From an uncultured archaeon (lineage in GTDB: Archaea; Thermoplasmatota; Poseidoniia; MGIII; CG-Epi1): a stretch of 57,156 nucleotides of DNA. Of this stretch, positions 1 through 8,930 are shown piece after piece. How positions within the stretch are numbered: position 1 is the stretch's first letter; each line of letters begins with the position of its first letter. The translations under genes and the position numbers were made by a program. Below the pieces are notes generated by a model. The model was not told the DNA's origin. It did not search any database and saw only the letters and a list, made by a program, of their open reading frames with translations. The stretch lies in assembly GCA_964578995.1 (NCBI GenBank), contig CAZOEZ010000003.1, positions 1 to 57,156 of the forward strand. The letters run 5' to 3'.

Positions 1-295
1 TATTGATATGATAGGTTATGTTAGGATGTTCTATCAACTCATTTGGATCATGATGATCAAAATATTCTATAATTGCACCAGATTCAAGGAGCCTCTTGAC
101 ATCCTTCCTATTCTTAGCATGTGAAACGTCCATAATCGTAACTAAATCACCTTCTTCTGCATTAACTCTGCGAGCAAGATTCACATCTCGCTTTACTCCA
201 GTTACTATCTTTGCATCTCTAGGGTGTGCTAAACGCAATTGATGCCACGCAAAAATCCCATCAGTGTCTCCATTGAATACGTCGTAATTGGTCAT
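1..295 (-). CDS. DHH-family phosphoesterase (partial, runs off window start)
   Basis: Not in ORF track. Manual translation from ATG at 295: MTNYDVFNGDTDGIFAWHQLRLAHPRDAKIVTGVKRD...YFDHH, with DxDG and DHH motifs. ATG overlaps the sulfotransferase stop (TAATG). Confidence 0.8.
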   Translation of the reverse strand, partial: MTNYDVFNGDTDGIFAWHQLRLAHPRDAKIVTGVKRDVNLARRVNAEEGDLVTIMDVSHAKNRKDVKRLLESGAIIEYFDHHDPNELIEHPNITYHIN

Positions 296-1182
296 TAATT
301 AATTAACCATTCTGGCAAGTTCTCTATTTGCCTTTCCTTAAGAATTTCTTGAGTTTTTTGGATATCATCCTGATAATATTGAGTTAATTCTATCTTCAAT
401 GAATCGGATATTGTCTCTGTATTCGGCTTAGCATTAAGGAAATTGTATATTCCACTTAATAGCGACTTGAACCATGGAAGGTAATGCCAAACACCTGAAA
501 ACATACGATCAAAAGAGGTAGCTACTCGTTGAAGGCCTTTACTTCGATATATCATAGATTTATTCTGTACTTTTGTTTGACTATCGTCAATTTTGCTCTT
601 GTCTAAATCCAACCATTTGCATATTTCCTCAATGAATCTTGGCCCATCCGCAACCATGTCATCAAAGAAACAAACCCTCAAACGTTCTCCAAACACATCA
701 TACCACTCGGACAGAAGATTTGCATATTTTCCACCAATCATCGCCCAGAAATCATAAGTTTCTTTTTCAATAGGACCAGTTATCTTCTTACATTCTTCAA
801 TATAGCTCTCAAAATTCAGTTCACTACTTATGTGCCCTAGACTCTTCTTATATTTGTAAAATGAAAATAATCTCTGGACTGGATTGCGTAATACAATTAT
901 TATTTTGGAATCTGGCGAATAGCTGTTAATCGCTCCTGCGCTTTCTTTACCTCCATAAAAATATCCTGGTGTAGCTTCCATTGCATATTTCTGACCAGAA
1001 AACCCAGCAAAGAATTTCTTGTAAGTCTCAAGACCACTCTTCATTTCCTTACTTTTGAATGGATGGAAATAGCCAGGCTCTTTACGGCTAGAAGGGAAAA
1101 CATCGGGATGTAAAGCCAAATAATGGAAAAGAGACGTCGTTCCTGCCTTGGGAACTCCAGCTACGAAGAGATTCGGATTCAC
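295..1182 (-). CDS. PAPS-dependent sulfotransferase
   Basis: 5'-PSB motif GVPKAGTTSL, KEPGYF, EATPGY, 3'-PB motif LRNPVQRLFSFY. Confidence 0.9.
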   Translation of the reverse strand: MNPNLFVAGVPKAGTTSLFHYLALHPDVFPSSRKEPGYFHPFKSKEMKSGLETYKKFFAGFSGQKYAMEATPGYFYGGKESAGAINSYSPDSKIIIVLRNPVQRLFSFYKYKKSLGHISSELNFESYIEECKKITGPIEKETYDFWAMIGGKYANLLSEWYDVFGERLRVCFFDDMVADGPRFIEEICKWLDLDKSKIDDSQTKVQNKSMIYRSKGLQRVATSFDRMFSGVWHYLPWFKSLLSGIYNFLNAKPNTETISDSLKIELTQYYQDDIQKTQEILKERQIENLPEWLIN

Positions 1183-1234
1183 ATCGTGCGAGGGAATAAC
1201 CCTTTATAATAACCAAAACTCGATTAAAACAATA

Positions 1235-1969
1235 ATGACTACCTACGTTAAGCAATATGGAATTCAAAGAAGTTGTACTAATTTCGTGAAAATATTGCTT
1301 GAGAACAATCTGGAGGACACTGTTGTCCTGACAAACATTCTGGGGTGGAAACATGGGCCTCACAAAGAAAAGATAAACTGGGATACAGAGGAGGGGGAGT
1401 ATGCTTCTGCCAGAGATATTGGGCGAATAAAAAAAGAATATGAGGCAGAAAGAATACATTATGTCATTTGTCTAAAGGATCCCTATGCCTGGCTTATGAG
1501 TTATTCAAAATACAACAACAGACAGGATAAAGTGCGTTCACTGAGTGGTCTAGTTAACGAGGGACGAAAATTTGCTGCCCGAAGGAGAGGGATTCAGCTA
1601 GGGGAGATTAGAGAATATCTAGAAAAGTGGAATTTGTTACATCGAAGCTGGGGCGGACTAAATGATGATAATTCAAAATGCACAACTACCAAATTTGAAG
1701 ATTTGTTGGAAAATCCACAATTTGAAATCGGGAGACTAGCCAATTTTTTTAACGCGCAGATGAAAGAAGATTTTTACCTTCCTGAAAAACGGATGAAAAG
1801 AGGTGGAGAGAAAAATGATAAGGAAAATGCCACAGAAGACGTAGATTTTGATTATAAGTATTATACCGAAAAAAAATACCTGTCCCATTTCAATGATGAA
1901 ATGCTGGCCGAGGTCAGAAAACACATTGATCTGAAAGTTGTGGAGAGACTAGGTTACAAGATTATTTAG
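1235..1969 (+). CDS. Sulfotransferase-like protein
   Basis: GIQRSCTNF (PSB-like), KDPYAWLMSY, KFEDLLENP. Start moved to ATG 1235 to avoid overlap with the divergent gene. Confidence 0.75.
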   Translation: MTTYVKQYGIQRSCTNFVKILLENNLEDTVVLTNILGWKHGPHKEKINWDTEEGEYASARDIGRIKKEYEAERIHYVICLKDPYAWLMSYSKYNNRQDKVRSLSGLVNEGRKFAARRRGIQLGEIREYLEKWNLLHRSWGGLNDDNSKCTTTKFEDLLENPQFEIGRLANFFNAQMKEDFYLPEKRMKRGGEKNDKENATEDVDFDYKYYTEKKYLSHFNDEMLAEVRKHIDLKVVERLGYKII

Positions 1970-2981
1970 AATAAACATCTAATAATAAGTTTGATAGCTG
2001 CTCTCTAGGGTCCGGTTCCGAAAATTTCACCAAAGTTTTCTTTGATAAACTTTTAACTTGCTCAGTTCGTTCATTATCGTCAAGAGAATAAAAAGATTGA
2101 ACCTTTTCTAAAAAGTTAGAATCGTCACTAAATATATTCTCTAAAGGAAGAAATTCTTCAACTCCTGACCAATTTATACTTAAAGGCCAAGCGCCACACG
2201 CCAGTCCCTCAAAAAGAGTTAGATGTGTAGACTCATGTTGTGAAAATGATAAAATAATATCTGACTCTTGTAAATCTCTTCGTAAATCTGTTGAAAAACC
2301 TCTAAATTTCACATTATTTTGAATTTTCAGATCCTTTACAATTTTCTCTAATTCTTTGTAATACTTAGCATCTTTGCTTCTACCAATAATGTTGAGAGTT
2401 AACCCACTTTTCACTCTTAAAATTTTAGAAAATGCTACTATAGCCTTGTCATGTCCCTTCCTAGGTGCTATGTTACCTACGATTGAAATCTGATTTGATT
2501 TGGCCGTATTTTCTCGAGGTTTCCAATATTCAAAATCAATAAAATTATGAATTGTAACTATCTTGCCGCGCATCTGTGGTAATTTTTCCTCTAAATTCTT
2601 AGCCATCCAATCGTTAACAACAATCACCATATCTACTGAATTCCAATTAGCTTTAGGAAGATTGAATAATTCATATCTATGTAATCTAGTAACTAATTTC
2701 TTTTTGCCTTTCCATTTTGACGATAAAGCAAGTGTCTCATCTGCAAATTCAACGAAAACTATATCGCATTTAGTTAAAGACATTAAAGTTTTTACTTTCT
2801 TTAATAATAATTTATACGGGAAAGAAATGTAGCCAAATAAACTTGTGGGGGGCGGTGTATAGGGTATCTTATTCCAATGTAATTCAAAATTATCCATGAA
2901 AGTTTGTTTGAAAGGTTTAATGAAGTTATCAACACTAAAGAGAACTGAAAGCTTAGGCTTTTTTCTTTGTTCTTTGCTCAT
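1962..2981 (-). CDS. Glycosyltransferase family 4 (GT-B)
   Basis: VGNIAPRKGH and SQHESTHLTLFEGLACG (ExxxxxxxE motif). Confidence 0.85.
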   Translation of the reverse strand: MSKEQRKKPKLSVLFSVDNFIKPFKQTFMDNFELHWNKIPYTPPPTSLFGYISFPYKLLLKKVKTLMSLTKCDIVFVEFADETLALSSKWKGKKKLVTRLHRYELFNLPKANWNSVDMVIVVNDWMAKNLEEKLPQMRGKIVTIHNFIDFEYWKPRENTAKSNQISIVGNIAPRKGHDKAIVAFSKILRVKSGLTLNIIGRSKDAKYYKELEKIVKDLKIQNNVKFRGFSTDLRRDLQESDIILSFSQHESTHLTLFEGLACGAWPLSINWSGVEEFLPLENIFSDDSNFLEKVQSFYSLDDNERTEQVKSLSKKTLVKFSEPDPREQLSNLLLDVYSK

Positions 2982-3006
2982 ATAATAATTTTAATCAGTA
3001 ATCTCT

Positions 3007-3843
3007 TCAATCATCCAACTCCAAAAGCTGATTACGACTTCCTATCAGCAAACCAAGAGCCCAGCGAGCTATGACTATTCCTGCTAAGATACCAATAAGT
3101 GGATCTAATCTTTGGCCAAGTTCACCATTGAATAATCCAATAACCAGAGCAATTATTACTAGGACGGAAACTAATGCATCTGCTAAAACATGAAGATAGG
3201 CTCCTCTTCTATTCAAATCCTCAATATCATCCGGATTCGTCATTATATTATCAAATTTATCTGATATGAATCTCCAATCATTTTTGTATGATTCAATAGC
3301 TGCCGCCCAAGTCCCCTTTTCTATTTCTTTAGGTTCAGAATGGTCGTGGTCATGGTCGTGGTCATGGTCGTGGTCATGGTCATGGTCATGGTCGTGTCCA
3401 TGATGATGGTGGTGATGATTTTCAATTCCCAAAATATTTGCACAAACTAAATTTACTACCAAACCAATAAAAGCAACAATAATAGCCTCTTCAAACTCGA
3501 TTTCTTTAGGTGATACGAGTCTCTCAGCAGATTCTATTCCAATCCATAAGGCTACAATAGCTAATACTATTGCTGAAGCAAAACCGCCTAATGCCATTAC
3601 TTTGTCTCTTTTACCTTTGACCTTAACTTCGTTTCTGGCATAGTAATAAGCATACAATGTGATTCCAAGAGCTGCAGCATGTGTTCCCATATGCCACCCA
3701 TCTGCTAAAAGAGCCATTGAATTATACATGTAACCAAAGCCTACTTCGAAAACCATCATTACCAAGGTTATAGCAACGACCAATTTGGTTTTACTTTCCG
3801 AATCTTCATCAACGGAATGGTTGTGATGGTGACCTCCTGACAT
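3007..3843 (-). CDS. Cation diffusion facilitator, DmeF-like, His-rich
   Basis: SMALLADGWHMGTH, AYLHVLADA, six TM segments, His/Asp loop. Confidence 0.9.
   Translation of the reverse strand: MSGGHHHNHSVDEDSESKTKLVVAITLVMMVFEVGFGYMYNSMALLADGWHMGTHAAALGITLYAYYYARNEVKVKGKRDKVMALGGFASAIVLAIVALWIGIESAERLVSPKEIEFEEAIIVAFIGLVVNLVCANILGIENHHHHHHGHDHDHDHDHDHDHDHDHDHSEPKEIEKGTWAAAIESYKNDWRFISDKFDNIMTNPDDIEDLNRRGAYLHVLADALVSVLVIIALVIGLFNGELGQRLDPLIGILAGIVIARWALGLLIGSRNQLLELDD
3341..3418. repeat. In-frame hexamer repeat (TGGTCR)x9 plus poly-His codons
   Basis: Nine tggtcg/tggtca units at 3341-3394 encode (HD)9, adjacent to a His7 run. Confidence 0.95.
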
Positions 3844-3852
3844 AATATCCTA

Positions 3853-5475
3853 TTAGCGGTGTAAGAAAAATGCTTTCTTTCCCTCTAACCTCACAAATCC
3901 TACTCTTTCGAATTGAACGGTTTCACCGTCTAATTCAGAAATATTATCCTCAACCATACCTGCAGCTGAATTGCCATCGGGATAAACTAACTCTATAGAA
4001 GCATTAGAACTACACCACTGGAGTATTTGATTGCCTTTTTGGGGTTTCATCCCTGCAAAGATTAACTTGTTGCCTTTTACAGTTACATTGCACAAATTTT
4101 TCAACCGTATATCTTGGCCCTCGTTGAATGAATTAACATCTTCTTTTTGAAGATAAATTTTAGAGCCGGATGAAATTACCTCTTCTCGTTTACCCCATTC
4201 GGGTTTATCAGGGTGCCAAGGCGCATCTTTAGTCAATGCTTCATCTGTTTCTATTATAAATTCTACTGGATTGGCCACAAAGAATAATCTTCGACTGACG
4301 GAATCAATAAAATCTTTGTTCATGGCGTTGAAATTTTGCCATGAAAACTTAATATCTACTTCTTTCAGACCTGAATTTTCCCAGTATTTCAAAAATGTTT
4401 CAGGTCTATATCCTCTCCTTGCTAAACCTTTGAGAGTCGCGAGTCTACAATCATCCCATCCACTAAATTCCTTATTCTGAATTGATTCTCTTATTTTACT
4501 AGTTTTAAGATTAGTATTGGGTATAGATACTAATCCATAATGAATATAATCTGGTTTATCCCACTCTAGATATTTGTAAATCCAGTTTTGCTTCAAAGTA
4601 TTATTAAGATGATCTTTACCCCTCAAAACATGCGTTATTCCTAGGTGATAATCATCAATTGCTACAGCATAATTGTACAATGGCCAAAGGCGGTATTTTG
4701 TAGATTGCTTAGGATGTTCGGATTCAACTACTCGAAAAGCTACAAAGTCCCTAAGTGCAGGATTAGGATCATCTAAGTCGGTTTTAATCACGACAATCCC
4801 CTCACCATCAGATAGCAAGGCTTCAAAATCTGAAAGTTGGACTTCTGAGGAGCGTTCCCGGTCAGGATGGGCTTTGCTTTGCTTCTTCAACTCTCTCCAT
4901 TCTTCAGCATCTGAATTAGTAACGTATGCACCGCCCTTTCCTATAATCTTGCGGATTTCATCATAATATAACTGAATTCTATCTGATTGAACTACAACTT
5001 CATCTGGATCTATACCTAACCATTCCAAATCAGATTCAATCATACTATATGCATCTGGATCTATAGCATTGGGATTTGTGTCTTCTAAACGCAGTATTAA
5101 TTTTCCATTATAACGACTCTTGTAATAATTGTTCAGAGCAAGGGCCCTTGTATGTCCTAAATGTAAAGGGCCGCTAGGGCCTGGTGCAAAACGTAGAACT
5201 ACTGAATCTGTGTTATCAAGAGGTGGTAATTCTCTGATAACTTCTTTTTCGACTTTTTTCTTCTTTACTGGAAGGTAGGGTTGCAGTTCCTCAGTACTCA
5301 ATGAATTTGCTTCATCGATTACGTCATCAATAATTTGCATTATCTCCTTAGCTGATGAACGCAACTCAGGATATTTTCCCATCGCCTTACCCATTACACT
5401 CTTGCTCTTGGCTTCACCATATTGTGCAGCCTCAGACATCGCCAATTCTGCTAACTTTCGTCTCAAATCAGACAC
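3853..5475 (-). CDS. gltX: Glutamate--tRNA ligase (archaeal type)
   Basis: LRFAPGPSGPLHLGH (HIGH), LRLEDTNP, THVLRGKDH, LKTS, QFERVGF. Probable GTG start at 5475. Confidence 0.96.
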   Translation of the reverse strand: MSDLRRKLAELAMSEAAQYGEAKSKSVMGKAMGKYPELRSSAKEIMQIIDDVIDEANSLSTEELQPYLPVKKKKVEKEVIRELPPLDNTDSVVLRFAPGPSGPLHLGHTRALALNNYYKSRYNGKLILRLEDTNPNAIDPDAYSMIESDLEWLGIDPDEVVVQSDRIQLYYDEIRKIIGKGGAYVTNSDAEEWRELKKQSKAHPDRERSSEVQLSDFEALLSDGEGIVVIKTDLDDPNPALRDFVAFRVVESEHPKQSTKYRLWPLYNYAVAIDDYHLGITHVLRGKDHLNNTLKQNWIYKYLEWDKPDYIHYGLVSIPNTNLKTSKIRESIQNKEFSGWDDCRLATLKGLARRGYRPETFLKYWENSGLKEVDIKFSWQNFNAMNKDFIDSVSRRLFFVANPVEFIIETDEALTKDAPWHPDKPEWGKREEVISSGSKIYLQKEDVNSFNEGQDIRLKNLCNVTVKGNKLIFAGMKPQKGNQILQWCSSNASIELVYPDGNSAAGMVEDNISELDGETVQFERVGFVRLEGKKAFFLHR

Positions 5476-5547
5476 AACTGCTGAAAGAGAGGGGTGTTTA
5501 GGTCTTTTCAGCAAAATATTTTATTTACTCCCCCTAAATCCAAATTC

Positions 5548-6141
5548 GTGAAAAGGACCTTTTTGATTGCCGCATTGTTCTTCACGGTGGGCTGTATTGA
5601 TATTCCTGCAATGAATGGATTAGTCGATAGAATTGTTCCAGAAGAACAAAAAACATATAAAATATTTCAAGTTTGGGATGGTGAAGGTGATTTTGCACCG
5701 GACCCCAATCAGGATGAAGGGGAATATATCAATGCAATCGAAGATATGATAGATTGTAATGTAATTGGTTGCTTCCAAGAAACGGCACAGAACCTTTCTT
5801 GGAAAGAATATACACACAGTTTTGTTATAGAAGATGTGTGGGATTCCACATTTGTTATGGCAATATTTAACATCCAATATGAGCTTGGAGGAAGTGCAGA
5901 TCCCGGTAATGGCCCTTCAGGAACATATGATTTAACAATAACTGACCCTGAAGGAACTATACATGGCGATGGTTACACTATGGTCACTTGGGACAATAAA
6001 GTAAAGGATAGAACCATAATAATGCCTGTAATTTATGGAACGTGGACTATCAAAATTTCAGGCTCTGGGCTTGATGGTATTGGTTCTATATTATACTCTG
6101 GTAACTACAATATTGTTGTTGAGAGTGATAAACTAGAATAA
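5548..6141 (+). CDS. Hypothetical lipoprotein
   Basis: GTG start, MKRTFLIAALFFTVGC lipobox-like signal, acidic beta-rich body. Confidence 0.65.
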   Translation: MKRTFLIAALFFTVGCIDIPAMNGLVDRIVPEEQKTYKIFQVWDGEGDFAPDPNQDEGEYINAIEDMIDCNVIGCFQETAQNLSWKEYTHSFVIEDVWDSTFVMAIFNIQYELGGSADPGNGPSGTYDLTITDPEGTIHGDGYTMVTWDNKVKDRTIIMPVIYGTWTIKISGSGLDGIGSILYSGNYNIVVESDKLE

Positions 6142-6942
6142 ACTACTATATATCAAGAAAATACCTAGAATCAGACAATATGGTGTGAAGTAGTGAAATT
6201 GTTGTTTTTTTATTAATTCTAGAAGAAGGTTAATTGAAAAATAACTAGTAATCACAGAGGTAAGGAAACCTAAAATAAGTGACAAGGCACCGACTTCAGA
6301 CACAGTTTCATCGATATCTCCTATCTTGAGGATCGTTGCACCCGCAATCGCAGGGATAAAGAGTAAAAAAGAGAAACGAGCAGCTCTCACAGGATCCATT
6401 CCCATTATCTTAGATATTGCAATTGTAGACCCAGAACGTGAGACGCCCGGCAAAATAGCTAAACCTTGGAAAAAACCAATCAATAATGCATTTTTAATAG
6501 GAAAATCATCAATCAGTTTCTTTCCATCATAATCTTTACTGAACCAGACTATAAGGCCTGTAAAGATTAAACAACCACCAACCAAATGCATCTCAGTGTA
6601 GAAATCACCAATAACGGTACTATCAAAGGTGAAACCGATTATTGCTGTTGGAATAGAGGCCAGAACAATCATTCCAATCAGCCTCTCATCACCTTTGAGA
6701 TTTCCAAAATTCTGATAATTAGCAAGGAATTTAGGAAAAGTCACCAACATTTGTCTGATTTCGTCGCGCATTATGTATAGAATAACACAGAGAGAACCCA
6801 AATGTAAGATTATATCAAATAAAATTGGTGGTTCTTCTTCAAAATAAAATTGAAAAATCGCCAAATGACCACTACTACTTATTGGAAGCCATTCGGTTAT
6901 GCCCTGTAGGATACCCAAAAGGACGACCATCCACCATTCCAT
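6133..6942 (-). CDS. uppP: Undecaprenyl/polyprenyl-diphosphate phosphatase (BacA)
   Basis: QGITEWLPISSSGHL and PGVSRSGSTI motifs. Start at MEWW (6942). Confidence 0.95.
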   Translation of the reverse strand: MEWWMVVLLGILQGITEWLPISSSGHLAIFQFYFEEEPPILFDIILHLGSLCVILYIMRDEIRQMLVTFPKFLANYQNFGNLKGDERLIGMIVLASIPTAIIGFTFDSTVIGDFYTEMHLVGGCLIFTGLIVWFSKDYDGKKLIDDFPIKNALLIGFFQGLAILPGVSRSGSTIAISKIMGMDPVRAARFSFLLFIPAIAGATILKIGDIDETVSEVGALSLILGFLTSVITSYFSINLLLELIKKQQFHYFTPYCLILGIFLIYSSLF

Positions 6943-6990
6943 AATGGTCCAATCGTCATGCTTATTTAACCGACGGGGGAGTACAGTCTC

Positions 6991-8196
6991 ATGGGTGACG
7001 GTAAAGTACGCTGTACAACTTGCTACAATGTTTTCAATACCGAAAAGAAAGAAGGACAAAATGTAATCTGCCCTATGTGTGATGCTTCTTTCACCGCCAA
7101 AAAAATAAATTTTGTTAGTAATATTACTCAAAGCATTACAGACTTTACAAGTAAGATAGGATCAAACATAAAAGAAACTCTAATACCGGGAAGTAAAGAA
7201 GAAGATGTTTTCAAAATTATTGATGGTGAAAAATATGATAAAGGATTACTCAATGTTGCTGCAGAACTAACTGAAAAAGTAGAAGAAATAACCATTGAAG
7301 GAAGCAAGCAATTACTTAGCAAAATAAGTGATTATGACGATTATACTCAAATAGAAAAACAAACTGTTGCCTACATTAGAAAGAATTACAAATTTACATC
7401 TGAGGCAAACCAATGGTTGAGAAAAGAAATAAAGAAATGGACTAATACCAAGACCAGGGATGAAAAAGTAAGTGATCCAACCAGTTCTAAATTCAAGAAA
7501 AAAACACAGATACCCTTTGTTTTCACCAATCTCAAAGATGCTTATCGTTGGGATAATCTAAGCAATCTAAATGAAAAACCAAAAACACCAGCACAATGGG
7601 CTGGCATCCTATTGTCCATAGTATTTGTTTTAGGTATACTCTCTGGAATTGCTTATGGAATAAAATGGAATAACCAGGACAGCCAATGGAGCAATGAAGG
7701 TTTATCCTCAGTTCATGGAACCATCATAGACACTGATGGTGTTGCTGTAGAAGGAGCAAAGATAGAGGCAAACAATAAGAAAGCATACAGCAATCCACAA
7801 GGGAAATATTACCTATATGACTTAGTAGGAGATGAAATTCAAATTACTTTCACAATGGAAGGGTATGGGGATGTAATTGTTTGGATTAATATACGCTCTG
7901 AAGGTACAAACATACTTAATATTGAACTATTAGAAGGAACACAGGAGCATGATTACAGAAAAGATATTGCAAAACCTTGGCCACCAAACTATGCTCTAGC
8001 ACCTATTTTTATGATTTCAGCAATGATTACACTCATGGGAGGTTCGGCTGCACTTCTCCAGCAGAATTTTAAAACTGCACTGGCTGGATGCTTGTTTGGA
8101 ATCATAAGCTACGGATTTCTGATAGGTAGTATCCTCTCAGTTATAGCTCTTTCATTGCTATTAGTAGATCGTGAAAGTTTTGAAAGGAAAAGATGA
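6991..8196 (+). CDS. Zn-ribbon membrane protein with carboxypeptidase-regulatory-like domain
   Basis: CTTC..CPMC N-terminus, TM, VHGTIIDTDGVAVEGAKI..SNPQGKY beta-sandwich, C-terminal TM cluster. Confidence 0.7.
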   Translation: MGDGKVRCTTCYNVFNTEKKEGQNVICPMCDASFTAKKINFVSNITQSITDFTSKIGSNIKETLIPGSKEEDVFKIIDGEKYDKGLLNVAAELTEKVEEITIEGSKQLLSKISDYDDYTQIEKQTVAYIRKNYKFTSEANQWLRKEIKKWTNTKTRDEKVSDPTSSKFKKKTQIPFVFTNLKDAYRWDNLSNLNEKPKTPAQWAGILLSIVFVLGILSGIAYGIKWNNQDSQWSNEGLSSVHGTIIDTDGVAVEGAKIEANNKKAYSNPQGKYYLYDLVGDEIQITFTMEGYGDVIVWINIRSEGTNILNIELLEGTQEHDYRKDIAKPWPPNYALAPIFMISAMITLMGGSAALLQQNFKTALAGCLFGIISYGFLIGSILSVIALSLLLVDRESFERKR

Positions 8197-8724
8197 ATGT
8201 CCTCTTGGGAATTCAAAAAGAATTTAAGTAATATTGGTAGATGGAATAAAATTTTCCTATCCATAACCTGTTTTTGGGCTTTATTAATTCTGACTTCGCC
8301 CTTAATGCTAGATGAGGGAGAAACCGGTGATTTAAGTGGAAGTGTAGGTGTATATGATAATAAAAAAACAATTCAAGATATGAATCCTATAAACAAAATG
8401 GTTTACTATTTAGGAGATTTAAACTGTCATCAGCTCTCACATAGATCCTATGAGTACAATGAAAACCAAATGCCTTTCTGCGCTAGAGATGTTGGGATAT
8501 TTGTAGGATTAGCTCTAGGCTTCATATTTGCATTAGGGAGAAAAGTAGAACTAACTCTACCCTTAGTTATTCTTTCATTAGTACCAATAGGTCTTGATGG
8601 TACTATCCAACTTTTCACAGACTATGAATCTACAAATATCAAAAGAATAGTAACGGGAATAATTGCCGGATTTGCGACAGGGATTGCACTTAAGGTAATA
8701 GCAGATTCATTAGAAAGAAATTAG
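8197..8724 (+). CDS. DUF2085 family membrane protein
   Basis: CHQLSHRSY..QMPFCARDVGI..PIGLDGTIQ..YESTN..R. Confidence 0.85.
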   Translation: MSSWEFKKNLSNIGRWNKIFLSITCFWALLILTSPLMLDEGETGDLSGSVGVYDNKKTIQDMNPINKMVYYLGDLNCHQLSHRSYEYNENQMPFCARDVGIFVGLALGFIFALGRKVELTLPLVILSLVPIGLDGTIQLFTDYESTNIKRIVTGIIAGFATGIALKVIADSLERN

Positions 8725-8930
8725 TCACTCAGTTCTGAATCACAAAACGGACATTTCGCAGAATAATCTAACTCTCCATCTTCCTCATCAGTCGCCTTAA
8801 CAAAGACCATTTCAGGGACTACACGGTAACACACTCGACAGAGTCTTCCTGGGTTGTAAATCTTTTGATAAGCAAAAATTAGAACTACGACTAATACAAA
8901 AATGACTACTAAGCCTATCGTAAAAAACAT
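8721..8930 (-). CDS. Small membrane-anchored zinc-finger protein
   Basis: N-terminal TM, CRVC and CPFC. Start overlaps the flippase stop. Confidence 0.65.
   Translation of the reverse strand: MFFTIGLVVIFVLVVVLIFAYQKIYNPGRLCRVCYRVVPEMVFVKATDEEDGELDYSAKCPFCDSELSD

Noticed and set aside
3341-3394. Hexamer repeat as a phase-variation switch
   Set aside because: The unit is a multiple of 3, so slippage keeps the frame.
6943-7131. Long head-to-head overlap of uppP with the Zn-ribbon gene (and similar overlaps at 1148, 5494, 10510)
   Set aside because: These come from the track's longest-ORF starts. Downstream starts match family N-termini and remove the overlaps.
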